NCBI RefSeq assembly: GCF_963921235.1
Contig: NC_086101.1
Span: 2,482,001-2,546,000, forward strand
Direction: 5' to 3'
Length of the DNA stretch: 64,000 nt
Source of the DNA: Mobula hypostoma
Lineage: Eukaryota
Shown: positions 1 through 13,752 of the stretch, piece after piece
Position numbering within the stretch: position 1 is the first letter of the stretch
Layout: every line of letters starts with the position of its first letter
Notes under the pieces: model-generated
Told to the model about the DNA's origin: nothing
Databases searched by the model: none
What the model saw: the letters and a program-made list of their open reading frames with translations, nothing else
Made by a program: the position numbers and the translations under genes

Positions 1-3000
1 CTGTGACCCACCACCCATCATACAATCTCAGTAAACACCACCCGTCCCACAGTGTCTGTGACCCACCACCCATCACACAATCTCTGTAAACACCACCCGT
101 CCCACAATCTCTGTAAACACCACCCACCCCACAATCTCTGTAAACACCACCCGTCCCACAATCTCTGTGAACACCACCCACCCCACAATCTCTGTAAACA
201 CCACCCGTCCCACAGTGTCTGTGAACACCACCCGTCCCACAGTCTCTGTGACCCACCACCCATCACACAATCTCTGTAAACACCACCCACCCCACAGTGT
301 CTGTGAACACCACCCACCCCACAGTCTCTGTGACCCACCACCCATCACACAATCTCTGTAAACACCACCCGTCCCACAGTGTCTGTGAACACCACCCGTC
401 CCACAATCTCTGTAAACACCACCCACCCCACAGTCTCTGTGACCCACCACCCGTCACACAATCTCTGTAAACACCACCCGTCCCACAATCTCTGTGAACA
501 CCACCCACCCCACAATCTCTGTAAACACCACCCCTCCCACAGTGTCTGTGAACACCACCCGTCCCACAATCTCTGTAAACACCACCCACCCCACAGTCTC
601 TGTGACCCACCACCCATCACACAATCTCTGTAAACACCACCCGTCCCACAATCTCTGTGAACACCACCCACCCCACAATCTCTGTAAACACCACCCGTCC
701 CACAGTGTCTGTGAACACCACCCACCCCACAATCTCTGTAAACACCACCCCTCCCACAGTGTCTGTGAACACCACCCGTCCCACAATCTCTGTAAACACC
801 ACCCACCCCACAGTCTCTGTGACCCACCACCCATCACACAATCTCTGTAAACACCATCCACCCCACAATCTCTGTGAACACCACCCGTCCCACAATCTCT
901 GTAAACACCACCCGTCCCACAGTGTCTGTGAACACCACCCGTCCCACAATCTCTGTAAACACCACCCACCCCACAGTCTCTGTGACCCACCACCCGTCAC
1001 ACAATCTCTGTAAACACCACCCGTCCCACAATCTCTGTGAACACCACCCACCCCACAATCTCTGTAAACACCACCCCTCCCACAGTGTCTGTGAACACCA
1101 CCCGTCCCACAATCTCTGTGAACACCACCCACCCCACAGTCTCTGTGACCCACCACCCGTCACACAATCTCTGTAAACACCATCCGTCGCACAATCTCTG
1201 TGAACACCACCCACCCCACAATCTCTGTAAACACCACCCGTCCCACAGTGTCTGTGAACACCACCCACCCCACAATCTCTGTAAACACCACCCCTCCCAC
1301 AGTGTCTGTGAACACCATCCGTCCCACAATCTCTGTAAACACCACCCACCCCACAGTCTCTGTGACCCACCACCCGTCACACAATCTCTGTAAACACCAC
1401 CCGTCCCACAATCTCTGTGAACACCACCCACCCCACAATCTCTGTAAACACCACCCGTCCCACAGTGTCTGTGAACACCACCCGTCCCACAATCTCTGTA
1501 AACACCACCCACCCCACAGTGTCTGTGAACACCACCCACCCCACAGTCTCTGTGACCCACCACCCATCACACAATCTCTGTAAACACCACCCATCCCACA
1601 GTGTCTGTGAACACCACCTGTCCCACAGTGTCTGTGACCCACCACCCATCATACAATCTCTTTAAACACCATCCGTCCCACAATCTCTGTAAACACCACC
1701 CACCCCACAGTCTCTGTGAACACCACCCACCCCACAATCTCTGTGAACACCACCCACCCCACAGTGTCTGTGACCCACCACCCATCACACAATCTCTGTA
1801 AACACCACCCACCCCACAGTGTCTGTGAACACCACCCACTCCACAGTCTCTGTGACCCACCACCCATCATACAATCTCTGTAAACACCACCCGTCCCACA
1901 GTGTCTGTGACCCACCACCCATCACACAATCTCTGTAAACACCATCCGTCCCACAATCTCTGTAAACACCACCCGTCCCACAGTCTCTGTGACCCACCAC
2001 CCATCACACAATCTCTGTAAACACCACCCACCCCACAGTGTCTGTGAACACCACCCACTCCACAGTCTCTGTGACCCACCACCCACCCCACAATCTCTGT
2101 AAACACCACCCATCCCACAGTGTCTGTGACCCACCACCCACCCCACAGTGTCTGTGACCCACCACCCACCCCACAATCTCTGTAAACACCACCCGTCCCA
2201 CAGTTGTTGTGAACACCACCCACCCCACAGTCTCTGTAAACACCACCCGTCCCACAATCTCTGTAAACACCACCCGTCCCACAATCTCTGTGAACACCAC
2301 CCACCCCACAATCTCTGTAAACACCACCCACCCCACAGTGTCTGTGAACACCACCCGTCCCACAATCTCTGTAAACACCACCCACCCCACAGTGTCTGTG
2401 AACACCACCCACCCCACAATCTCTGTAAACACCACCCGTCCCACAGTGTCTGTGAACACCACCCGTCCCACAGTGTCTGTGACCCACCACCCGTCACACA
2501 ATCTCTGTAAACACCACCCGTCCCACAATCTCTGTGAACACCACCCACCCCACAATCTCTGTAAACACCACCCACCCCACAGTCTCTGTGACCCACCACC
2601 CATCACACAATCTCTGTAAACACCACCCACCCCACAATCTCTGTAAACACCACCCACCCCACAGTGTCTGTGACCCACCACCCGTCACACAATCTCTGTA
2701 AACACCACCCGTCCCACAATCTCTGTGAACACCACCCATCACACAGTCTCTGTGACCCAGCACCCACCCCACAGTGTCTGTGAACACCACCCACCCCACA
2801 GTGTCTGTGACCCACCACCCATCATACAATCTCTGTAAACACCATCCGTCCCACAATCTGTGTAAACACCACCCGTCCCACAGTGTCTGTGAACACCACC
2901 CGTCCCACAATCTCTGTAAACACCACCCACCCCACAGTCTCTGTAAACACCACCCGTCCCACAGTGTCTGTGAACACCACCCACCCCACAGTCTCTGTGA

Positions 3001-6000
3001 CCCACCACCCATCACACAATCTCTGTAAACACCACCCACCCCACAATCTCTGTAAACACCACCCACCCCACAGTCTCTGTGACCCACCACCCATCACACA
3101 ATCTCTGTAAACACCACCCGTCCCACAGTGTCTGTGAACACCACCCGTCCCACAATCTCTGTAAACACCACCCCTCCCACAGTGTCTGTGACCCACCACC
3201 CACCCCACAGTCTCTGTGACCCGCCACCCACCCCACAATCTCTGTAAACACCACCCACCCCACAGTCTCTGTGACCCACCACCCACCCCACAATCTCTGT
3301 AAACACCACCCGTCCCACAGTGTCTGTGACCCACCACCCATCATACAATCTCTGTAAACACCATCCGTCCCACAATCTCTGTAAACACCACCCGTCCCAC
3401 AGTGTCTCTGAACACCACCCGTCCCACAATCTCTGTAAACACCACCCACCCCACAGTCTCTGTGAACACCACCTGTCCCACAGTGTCTGTGAACACCACC
3501 CACCCCACAGTCTCTGTGACCCACCACCCATCACGCAATCTCTGTAAACACCACACACCCCACAGTGTCTGTGAACACCACCCACTCCACAGTCTCTGTG
3601 ACCCACCACCCATCACACAATCTCTGTAAACACCACCCGTCCCACAGTGTCTGTGAACACCACCCGTCCCACAATCTCTGTAAACACCACCCACCCCACA
3701 GTGTCTGTGACCCACCACCCACCCCACAATCTCTGTAAACACCACCCGTCCCACAGTGTCTGTGAACACCACCCACCCCACAATCTCTGTGACCCACCAC
3801 CCATCACACAATCTCTGTAAACACCACCCATCCCACAGTCTCTGTGACCCACCACCCACCCCACAATCTCTGTTAACACCACCCGTCCCACAGTGTCTGT
3901 AAACACCACCCACCCCACAATCTCTGTAAACACCACCCGTCCCACAGTTGTCTGTGACCCACCACCCGTCACACAATCTCTGTAAACACCACCCGTCCCA
4001 CAGTTCTGTGAACACCACCACCCACAATCTGTAAACACCACCCACCCCACAATCTCTGTGAACACCACCCACCCCACAATCTCTGTGACCCACCACCCAT
4101 CACACAATCTCTGTAAACACCACCCGTCCCACAGTGTCTGTGAACACCACCCGTCCCACAGTGTCTGTGACCCACCACCCATCATACAATCTCAGTAAAC
4201 ACCACCCGTCCCACAGTGTCTGTGACCCACCACCCATCACACAATCTCTGTAAACACCACCCGTCCCACAATCTCTGTGAACACCACCCACCCCACAATC
4301 TCTGTAAACATCACCCCTCCCACAGTGTCTGTGAACACCACCCACCCCACAATCTCTGTAAACACCACCTACCCCACAGTGTCTGTGAACACCACCCGTC
4401 CCACAGTGTCTGTGACCCACCACCTATCACACAATCTCTGTAAACACACCCACCCCACAGTGTCTGTGAACACCACCCACCCCACAGTCTCTGTGACCCA
4501 CCACCCATCACACAATCTCTGTAAACACCACCCGTCCCACAGTGTCTGTGAACACCACCCGTCCCACAATCTCTGTAAACACCACCCACCCCACAGTCTC
4601 TGTGACCCACCACCCGTCACACAATCTCTGTAAACACCACCCGTCCCACAATCTCTGTGAACACCACCCACCCCACAATCTCTGTAAACACCACCCCTCC
4701 CACAGTGTCTGTGAACACCACCCGTCCCACAATCTCTGTAAACACCACCCACCCCACAGTCTCTGTGACCCACCACCCGTCACACAATCTCTGTAAACAC
4801 CACCCGTCCCACAATCTCTGTGAACACCACCCACCCCACAATCTCTGTAAACACCACCCGTCCCACAGTGTCTGTGAACACCACCCACCCCACAATCTCT
4901 GTAAACACCACCCCTCCCACAGTGTCTGTGAACACCACCCGTCCCACAATCTCTGTAAACACCACCCACCCCACAGTCTCTGTGACCCACCACCCGTCAC
5001 ACAATCTCTGTAAACACCACCCGTCCCACAATCTCTGTGAACACCACCCACCCCACAATCTCTGTAAACACCACCCGTCCCACAGTGTCTGTGAACACCA
5101 CCCGTCCCACAATCTCTGTAAACACCACCCACCCCACAGTGTCTGTGAACACCACCCACCCCACAGTCTCTGTGACCCACCACCCATCACACAATCTCTG
5201 TAAACACCACCCCTCCCACAGTGTCTGTGAACACCACCCACCCCACAGTCTCTGTGAACACCACCCACCCCACAATCTCTGTAAACACCACCTGCCCCAC
5301 AGTGTCTGTGACCCACCACCCATCACACAGTCTCTGTAAACACCACCCATCCCACAGTGTCTGTGAACACCACCTGTCCCACAATCTCTGTAAACACCAC
5401 CCACCCCACAGTGTCTGTGAACACCACCCGTCCCACAATCTCTGTAAACACCACCCACCCCACAGTCTCTGTGAACACCACCTGTCCCAGAGTGTCTGTG
5501 AACACCACCCACCCCACAGTGTCTGTGACCCACCACCCATCACACAATCTCTGTAAACACCACCCACCCCACAGTGTCTGTGAACACCACCCACTCCACA
5601 GTCTCTGTGACCCACCACCCATCATACAATCTCTGTAAACACCACCCATCATACAATCTCTGTAAACACCACCCGTCCCACAGTGTCTGTGAACACCACC
5701 CGTCCCACAGTCTCTGTAAACACCACCCATCCCACAGTCTCTGTGACCCACCACCCACCCCACAATCTCTGTAAACACCACCCACCCCACAGTGTCTGTA
5801 AACACCACCCGTCCCACAGTCTCTGTGACCCACCACCCACCCCACAATCTCTGTAAACACCACCCATCCCACAGTGTCTGTGACCCACCACCCACCCCAC
5901 AATCTCTGTGCACACCACCCGTCCCACAGTGTCTGTAAACACCACCCACCCCACAATCTCTGTAAACACCACCCGTCCCACAGTTGTCTGTAAACACCAC

Positions 6001-9000
6001 CCACCCCACAATCTCTGTAAACACCACCCGTCCCACAGTTGTTGTGAACACCACCCACCCCACAGTCTCTGTAAACACCACCAGTCCCACAGTGTCTGTG
6101 AACACCACCAGTCCCACAATCTCTGTAAACACCACCCACCCCACAATCTCTGTAAACATCACCCACCCCACAGTTGTTGTGAACACCACCCGTCACACAA
6201 TCTCTGTAAACACCACCCACCCCACAGTGTCTGTGAACACCACCCATCCCACAATCTCTGTAAACACCACCCGTCCCACAGTGTCTGTGAACACCACCCG
6301 TCCCACAGTGTCTGTGACCCACCACCCGTCACACAATCTCTGTAAACACCACCCGTCCCACAATCTCTGTAAACACCACCCACCCCACAGCACAATCTCT
6401 GTAAACACCATCCGTCCCACAATCTCTGTAAGCACCACCCGTCCCACAGTGTCTGTGACCCACCACCCATCACACAATCTCTGTAAACACCACCCACCCC
6501 ACAATCTCTGTAAACACCACCCACCCCACAGTGTCTGTGACCCACCACCCGTCACACAATCTCTGTAAACACCACCCGTCCCACAATCTCTGTGAACACC
6601 ACCCATCACACAGTCTCTGTGACCCAGCACCCACCCCACAGTGTCTGTGAACACCACCCACCCCACAGTGTCTGTGACCCAGCACCCATCACACAATCTC
6701 TGTAAACACCACCCCTCCCACAGTGTCTGTGACCCACCACCCATCACACAATCTCTGTAAACACCACCCATCACACAGTCTCTGTAAACACCACCCACCC
6801 CACAATCTCTGTAATCACCACCCACCCCACAGTGTCTGTGAACACCACCAGTCCCACAATCTCTGTAAAACCACCCACCCCACAGTGTCTGTGACCCACC
6901 ACCCACCCCACAATCTCTGTAAACACCACCCGTCCCACAGTGTCTGTGAACACCACCCGTCCCACAGTGTCTGTGACCCACCACCCGTCACACAATCTCT
7001 GTAAACACCACCCGTCCCACAATCTCTGTGAACACCACCCACCCCACAATCTCTGTAAACACCACCCCTCCCACAGTGTCTGTGAACACCACCCACCCTA
7101 CAATCTCTGTAAACACCACCAGTCCCACAATGTCTGTAAACACCAACCGTCCCACAATCTCTGTAAGCACCACCCACCCCACAGTCTCTGTGAACACCAC
7201 CCGTCCCACAGTGTCTGTGAACACCACCGACCCCACAGTCTCTGTAAACACCACCCACCCCACAGTGTCTGTGACCCACCACCCGTCACACAATCTCTGT
7301 AAACACCACCCCTCCCACAGTGTCTGTGACCCACCACCCATCACACAATCTCTGTAAACACCATCCGTCCCACAATCTCTGTAAACACCACCCGTCCCAC
7401 AGTGTCTGTGACCCACCACCCATCACACAGTCTCTGTAAACACCACCCGTCCCACAGTGTCTGTGAACACCACCCGTCCCACAATCTCTGTAAAAACCAC
7501 CCACCCCACAATCTCTGTAAACACCACCCGTCCCACAGTGTCTGTGAACACCACCAGTCCCAGAATCTCTGTAAACACCACCCACCCCACAGTGTCTGTG
7601 ACCCACCACTCACCCCACAATCTCTGTAAACACCACCCGTCCCACAGTGTTTGTGAACACCACCCGTCCCACAGTGTCTGTGACCCACCACCTGTCACAC
7701 AATCTCTGTAAACACCACCCGTCCCACAATCTCTGTGAACACCAGCCACCCCACAATCTCTGTAAACACCACCCCTCCCACAGTGTCTGTGAACACCACC
7801 GACCCCACAGTGTCTGTGACCCACCACCCGTCACACAATCTCTGTGAACACCACCCATCACACAATCTCTGTAAACACCACCCACCCCACAGTCTCTGTG
7901 ACCCACCACCCACCCCACAGTCTGTGAACACCACCCCTCCCACAGTGTCTGTGACCCACCACCCATCACACAATCTCTGTAAACACCACCCACCCCACAG
8001 TGTCTGTGAACACCACCCACCCCACAATCTCTGGAAACACCACCCGTCCCACAGTGTCTGTGGACACCACCCATCACACAATCTCTGTGAACACCACCCC
8101 TCCCACAGTGTCTGTGACCCACCACCCATCACACAATCTCTGTGAACACCACCCCTCCCACAGTGTCTGTGACCCACCACCCATCACACAATCTCTGTAA
8201 ACACCACCCGTCCCACAATCTCTGTGAACACCACCCCTCCCACAGTGTCTGTGACCCACCACCCGTCCCACAATCTCTGTGAACACCACCCGTCCCACAA
8301 TCTCTGTGAACACCACCCCTCCCACAGTGTCTGTGACCCACCACCCGTCCCACAATCTCTGTGAACACCACCCCTCCCACAGTGTCTGTGACCCACCACC
8401 CACCCCACAATCTCTGTGAACACCACCCACCCCACAATCTCTGTAAACACCACCCGTCCCACAGTGTCTGTGAACACCACCCACCCCACAGTGTCTGTGA
8501 CCCAACACCCCTCCCACAGTGTCTGTGACCCACCACCCGTCCCACAATCTCTGTAAACACCACCCGTCCCACAATCTCTGTGAACACCACCCACCCCACA
8601 GTGTCTGTGGACACTACGCGTCCACAATCTCTGTAAACACCACCCACCCCACAATCTCTGTAAACACCACCCGTCCCACAGTGTCTGTGAACACCACCCC
8701 TCCCACAGTGTCTGTGACCCACCACCCACCCCACAATCTCTGTGAACACCACCCGTCCCACAGTGTCTGTGGACACTACGCGTCCCACAATCTCTGTAAA
8801 CACCACCCACCCCACAATCTCTGTAAACACCACCCACCCCACAGTGTCTGTGAACACCACCCACCCCACAGTGTCTGTGACCCAACACCCCTCCCACAGT
8901 GTCTGTGACCCACCACCCGTCCCACAATCTCTGTAAACACCACCCGTCCCACAATCTCTGTGAACACCACCCACCCCACAATCTCTGTGAACACCATCCG

Positions 9001-9290
9001 TCCCACAATCTCTGTGAACACCACCCACCCCACAGTGTCTGTGGACACTACGCGTCCCACAATCTCTGTAAACACCACCCACCCCACAATCTCTGTAAAC
9101 ACCACCCGTCCCACAGTGTCTGTGAACACCACCCACCCCACAGTGTCTGTGACCCACCACCCATCACACAATCTCTGTGAACACCACCCCTCCCACAGTG
9201 TCTGTGACCCACCACCCCTCCCACAATCTCTGTAAACACCACCCGTCCCACAATCTTTGTAACCCACCACTGATCCCACAATTTCTTTTA
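1..9290. repeat. 27/28-bp minisatellite array, about 340 units, open at the window start
   Basis: Tandem units CACAATCTCTGTAAACACCACCCGTCC with interspersed variants (CACAGTGTCTGTGAAC, 28-bp GTGACCCACCACCC). The array decays at about 9260-9295. Unit count is estimated from length. Confidence 0.98.
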
Positions 9291-9604
9291 CCCACTACTG
9301 TGAGGAAATAGGTGCAGAAACGTCGGCACTGGGACCAGCTGACTGGGTAACAGCCTCTCCCCTCGGGCTGTGAGACCTTTGAACCCCCTGCCCTGCCACA
9401 ACCGAGGTCTTGTCACTGGGACAGTGATCTCTTTGCTGTTTACCTGTGATGCTCAGTTTGAATTTTATTTTATTAACTTACTTATACTATTAGATTTTGT
9501 GCTGTTTGTGATCTCTGCTTCCTGGCTGCACTGCAGTCCAGAGGGATGTTGTTTTAGTTGTTGTATATACGTACAGTCAGATGACAATAAATTTGAATTT
9601 GAAG

Positions 9605-9734
9605 CCAAGCACCCAAAGGAAACGCACATGGTCACGGGGAAGATGTAGAAACTCCTTACACCCCTTACAGCCAGAGGCGGGAGTTGAATGTAGGTCTCTG
9701 GCTCCGTAAAGTGTTACGTGAACCACTGTGCTAC
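9605..9734 (-). mobile_element. Degenerate tRNA-derived V-SINE (HE1-like) fragment
   Basis: Shares GGTCACGGGGA(A)GA..GTA.AAA.TCCTTACA with the better preserved SINE at 62072-62311. Confidence 0.55.
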
Positions 9735-9748
9735 CTTCAGAAGGTGCT

Positions 9749-9921
9749 AAACACAAAATAATCTGCAGATACTGGGGTCAAAGCAGCACTCACAACATGT
9801 TGCAGGAACTCAGCAGGTCGGGCAGCATCTGTGGAAACGATCAGTCGACATTTTGGGCCGGAACCCTCGGCCACGGCTGCTGGCCGACCTGCTGAGTTCC
9901 TCCAGCGTGTTGTGAGTATTG
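9749..9921. mobile_element. Penelope-like element remnant with inverted pseudo-LTR ends and a 14-bp TSD
   Basis: Perfect direct repeat CTTCAGAAGGTGCT at 9735-9748 and 9922-9935. Inverted arms at about 9782-9834 and 9871-9923. Related to the 38052-38627 element, which carries Penelope coding sequence. Confidence 0.8.
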
Positions 9922-10287
9922 CTTCAGAAGGTGCTGATGTGAGGGGAAAGGTGTGAGTGGGGGTGTTTGCCACTGCCCTGGCCCCTGTGGGTGGGTTTGG
10001 GGTGAGCTGCATAACTGATTCACCATGGTGACACTGGTGGGGAAACAGAATGTTTGGGGAGCAGTGCATGGGATAGGGTACCGATTGAACAGATGGCTCT
10101 CTCCCTGGTGAAAAAACACTCATTAAGAAGGAAGAGATGGAGTACGAAAGCAAGCTAGCCAATAATATTGAAGAGGATACCAAAAGTTTCTTCAGATGCC
10201 TAAAGTGTAAAAGACAAGTGAGAGTAGTTATCGGTCTGCTGGAGAACAATACTGGCGAGGGAGTAGTGGGGGTGGACAAACTGAATG

Positions 10288-10560
10288 CAAACACCAGGAA
10301 TTCTGCAGATGCTGGAAATCCAAGCAACACACATCAAAGTTGCTGGTGAACGCAGCAGGCCAGGCAGCATCTCTAGGAAGAGGTACAGTCGACGTTTCAG
10401 GCCGAGATCTCCCCCTCCCCCTCCCACTTTCAAATCTCTTACTAGCTCTTCCTTCAGTTAGTCCTGACGAAGGGTCTCGGCCCAAAACGTCGACTGTACC
10501 TCTTCCTAGAGATTCTGCCTGGCCTGCTGTGTTCTCCGGTAGCTTTGATGTGTGTTGCTT
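10288..10560. mobile_element. Penelope-like element remnant with inverted pseudo-LTR ends and a 13-bp TSD
   Basis: GACAAAC(T/C)GAATG at 10275-10287 and 10561-10573. Inverted arms at about 10321-10408 and 10475-10561. Nearly identical to 38052-38240. Confidence 0.85.
10460..10495 (+). ncRNA. Minimal type I hammerhead ribozyme motif, probably inactive (GAAA to AAAA)
   Basis: AGTC-CTGACGA-AGGGTCTCGGCCC-AAAA-CGTC-GACT. Stem I and CUGANGA are present, but the catalytic G12 is mutated. Confidence 0.7.
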
Positions 10561-11260
10561 GACAAACCGAATGAGTAGTTTGCATCAGTCTTCACTGTGG
10601 CAACACTCGATGTAATGCTAGAAGTTTGAAGTGTCAAGGGCCATGCAGTGTGTGAAGTTACCATAACTAGGGAGAGGGTTCTTGGGAAACTGAAAGGTCT
10701 GAAGGTAGATAAGTCACCTGGACCAGATGGTGTATACCCCAGAGTTCTGAAAGTGGTGAAGAGATTGCGATTGCATTAGTAATGATCTTTTAAGAATCAC
10801 TAGATTCTGGAAAGGTTCTGGAAGACTGGAAAATTGCAAATGTCACCCAACTGTTCAAAAAGGGAGAGCGGCAGAAGAAAGGAAATTATCAGCCAGTTAG
10901 TCTGACCACAATGGTTGGGAAGATGTTGGAATCAATTGTTAAGGATGTGTTTTTGTGATACTTGGAGGCACATGCTAAAATAGGCTGTAGTCAGCATGGT
11001 TTCCTCAAGGAAAATCTTGTCTGACAAATCTGTAGGAACTCTTTGAAGAAATTACAAGCAGGATAGACAAAGGAGAATCGGTTGATGTTGTGAACTTGGA
11101 CTTTCAGAAGGCCTTTGACAAGGTGCCACACATGAGGCTGCTTAACAAGTTAATAGCCCGTGGTATTACGGCAAAGATTCTAGCATGGATAAAGCATAAA
11201 TGGGAATAAAAAGAGTATTTTCTGGTTGGTTGCCGATGACTAGTGGTGTTCCACAGGGGT

Positions 11261-11331
11261 CAAAATCAAATATCACTGTGATGATTGTACGCTCTAGTAT
11301 CAATTGTTTGGCGACAATAAAGTATGAAGTC
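11261..11331 (+). mobile_element. Rex1/Babar-type LINE 3' end inserted in CR1
   Basis: Reverse complement of the 3' end of the 30361-30945 element (TATCAATTGTTTGGC.ACAATAAAGTAT). Confidence 0.7.
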
Positions 11332-11629
11332 TGTGTTGGGACCGATTCTTTTTATATTATATGTCAATGTAGTGGATGATGGAATTGATGGCTATGTTGC
11401 AAAGTTTGTGGATGATTTGAAGATGGGTGGAGGGGCGGATAGTTTTGAAGAAGAGAGGTGACAGAAGGAGTTAGACAGATTAGGAGAGCGGACTCATCAC
11501 GGGAGGCTCTTCCTGAGGTCCCTGCTGATTTGGACGTTTGGAGTCAGAACTGGCTTGACCTTGAAAACAGAGGGTAGTGGTCAAAGGCATATATACAGAA
11601 TAACAAAGAGTACAGCAGGATAATAGCTC

Positions 11630-11740
11630 CAACAAGAGAAAATCTGCAGATGCTGGAAATCGGAGCAATACACACAACATGCTGGAGGAACTCAGCAGGC
11701 CAGGCAGCATCTATGGAATAGCGTACAGTTAAAGTTTCAG
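11630..11740 (-). mobile_element. Penelope pseudo-LTR terminal fragment
   Basis: AATCTGCAGATGCTGGAAAT...GCTGGAGGAACTCAGCAGGCCAGGCAGCATCT matches the other Penelope ends. Confidence 0.7.
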
Positions 11741-12893
11741 AGAAACATAGAAAACCTACAGAACAATACAGGCCATTCGGCCCACAATACTCTGCCAAAC
11801 ATGTACTGGCTTTAGAAATTACCAAGTGTTACCCACAGCTCCATGTACCTATCCAGGAGTCTATGACCCTGGATAAAAGACCCTATGGTATCCATCTCCA
11901 CCACAGACACCGGCAGCCCATTCCACACACTCACCACTCTCTGCATAAAAAACTTACCCCTGACATCCCCACTATACCTACTTCCAAGCACCTTAAAACT
12001 GTTCCCTCTCGTGTTAGCCATTTCAGCCCTGGGAAAAAGCCTCCGGCTATCTACACAATCAATGCCTCTCATCATCTTATACACCTCTATCAGGTCACCT
12101 CTCATCCTCCGTCACTGCAAGGAGAAAAGGCCAAGTTCACTCAACCTATTCTCATAAGGCATGTTCCCCAATCCAGGTAACATCCCTGTAAGTCTCCTCT
12201 GCACCCTTTCTATGGTTTCCTCATCCTTCCTGTAGTGAGGTGACCAGAACTGAGCACAGTACTCCAAGCGGGGTCTGACCAGGAACCTATATAGCTGCAA
12301 CATTGCCTCTCAGCTCCTAAATTCAATTCCACGATTGATGAAGGCCAATACACCGTATGCCTTCTTAACCACAGAGTCAACCTGCGCAGCTGCTTTGAGT
12401 CTCCTATGGACCTCAAGGTCCCTCTGATCCTCCACACTGTCAAGAGTCTTACCATTAATACTGTATTCTGCCATCATATTTCACCTACCAAAATGAACCA
12501 CTTCACACTTATTTGGTTTGAAATCCATCTGCCACTTCTCAGTCCAGTTTTGCATCCTATCAATGTCCCCCTGTAACCTCTGACAGCCCTCCACACTATC
12601 CACAACACCTCCAACCTTTGTGTCATCAGCGAACTTACTAACCCATCCCTCCACTTCCTCATCCAGGTCATTTATACAAATCACGAAGAGAAGGGGTCCC
12701 AGAACAAATCCCTGAGGCACACCACTGGGTCACCAACCTCCATGCAGAATATGACCCATCTACAATCACTCTTTGCCTTCTGTGGACAAGCCAGTTCTGG
12801 ATCCACAAAGCAATGTCCCCTTGGATCCCATGCCTCCTTACTTTCTTAATAAGCCTTGCATGGGGTAGCTTGTCAAATGCCTTGCTGCATCTA

Positions 12894-13010
12894 CATCATA
12901 TTACTATTTAACTATTTATGGTACTATTACTATTACTATTTATTATTTATGGTGCAACTGTAACGAAAACCAATTTCCCCCTGGGATCAATAAAGTATGA
13001 CTATGACTAT
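12894..13010 (+). mobile_element. Rex/L2-type LINE 3' end
   Basis: AATTTCCCCCTGGGATCAATAAAGTATGACTATGACTAT tail inside the CR1, with ATCTAC on both sides. Confidence 0.6.
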
Positions 13011-13752
13011 CTACTGCTCTACCTTCATCAATGTGTTTAGTCACATCTTCAAAAAATTCAATCAGACTTGTAAAGTATGACCTGCCTTTGACAAAGCCAT
13101 GTTGACTATTCCTAATTATATTATATCTCTGCAAATGTTCATAAATCCTGGCTCTCAGGATCTTCTCCATCAACTTACCAACCACTGAAGTAAGACTCAC
13201 AGCTCTATAATTTTCTGGGCTATCTCTACTCCCTTTCTTGAATAAAGGAACAACATCCGCAACCCTCCAATCCTCTGGAACCTCTCCCGTCCCCACTGAT
13301 GATGCAAAGATCATCGCCGGAGGCTCTGCAAACTCCTCCCTTGCCTCTCACAGTAGCCTGAGGTACATCTCGTCTGGTCCCGGTGACTTATCCAACTTGA
13401 TAGTTTACAAAAGCTCCAGCACATCCTCTTCCTTAATATCCACATGCTCAAGCTTTTCAGACCGCTGTAAGTCATGCATACAATTGCCAAGATCCTTTTC
13501 TGTAGTGAATACTGAAGCAAAGTATTCATTAAGTATCTCTGCTGTCTCTTCCGGTTCCATACACACTTTTCCATTGTCACACTAGATTGGTCCTATTCTC
13601 TCACGACTTATCCTCTTGCTCTTCACGTACTAGTAGAATGCCTTGGGGTTTTCCTTAATCCTACTCACCAATGCCTTCTCGTGGCTCCTTCTGGCTCTCC
13701 TACTTTCATTCTTAAGCTCCTTCCTGCTGGCCTTAAAATCTTCTCGATCTCT

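Larger units (their letters stand above)
10115..11490 (+). mobile_element. Decayed CR1 LINE ORF2 fragment interrupted by Penelope and Rex fragments
   Basis: Translates to CR1-like EYESKLANNIEEDTKSFF, KVDKSPGPDG, DFQKAFDKVPH, GVPQGS and a decayed AKFVDD motif, with stops and frameshifts. Confidence 0.88.

Noticed and set aside
18..9281. Dozens of Cys/His/Trp-rich ORFs resembling zinc-finger or mucin repeats
   Set aside because: They are translations of a 27/28-bp minisatellite in every frame, with frames shifting at each 28-bp unit and no unique sequence.
10016..10052. Possible minus-strand micro-exon (CCACCAG|TGTCACCATG|GTGAAT)
   Set aside because: It is only 10 nt with a weak donor and no supporting homology, so it is indistinguishable from chance.
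9782..10561. Long hairpins as possible miRNA precursors or DNA-transposon TIRs
   Set aside because: The arms are Penelope pseudo-LTR sequence, are not terminal-symmetric, and sit within 13-14 bp TSDs.
11490..11600. Possible coding exon on the minus strand (GQASSDSKRPNQQGPQEEPP)
   Set aside because: It is partly CR1-like (CAGAACTGGCTTG..CAGAGGGTAGTGGT) and lacks a good donor site.
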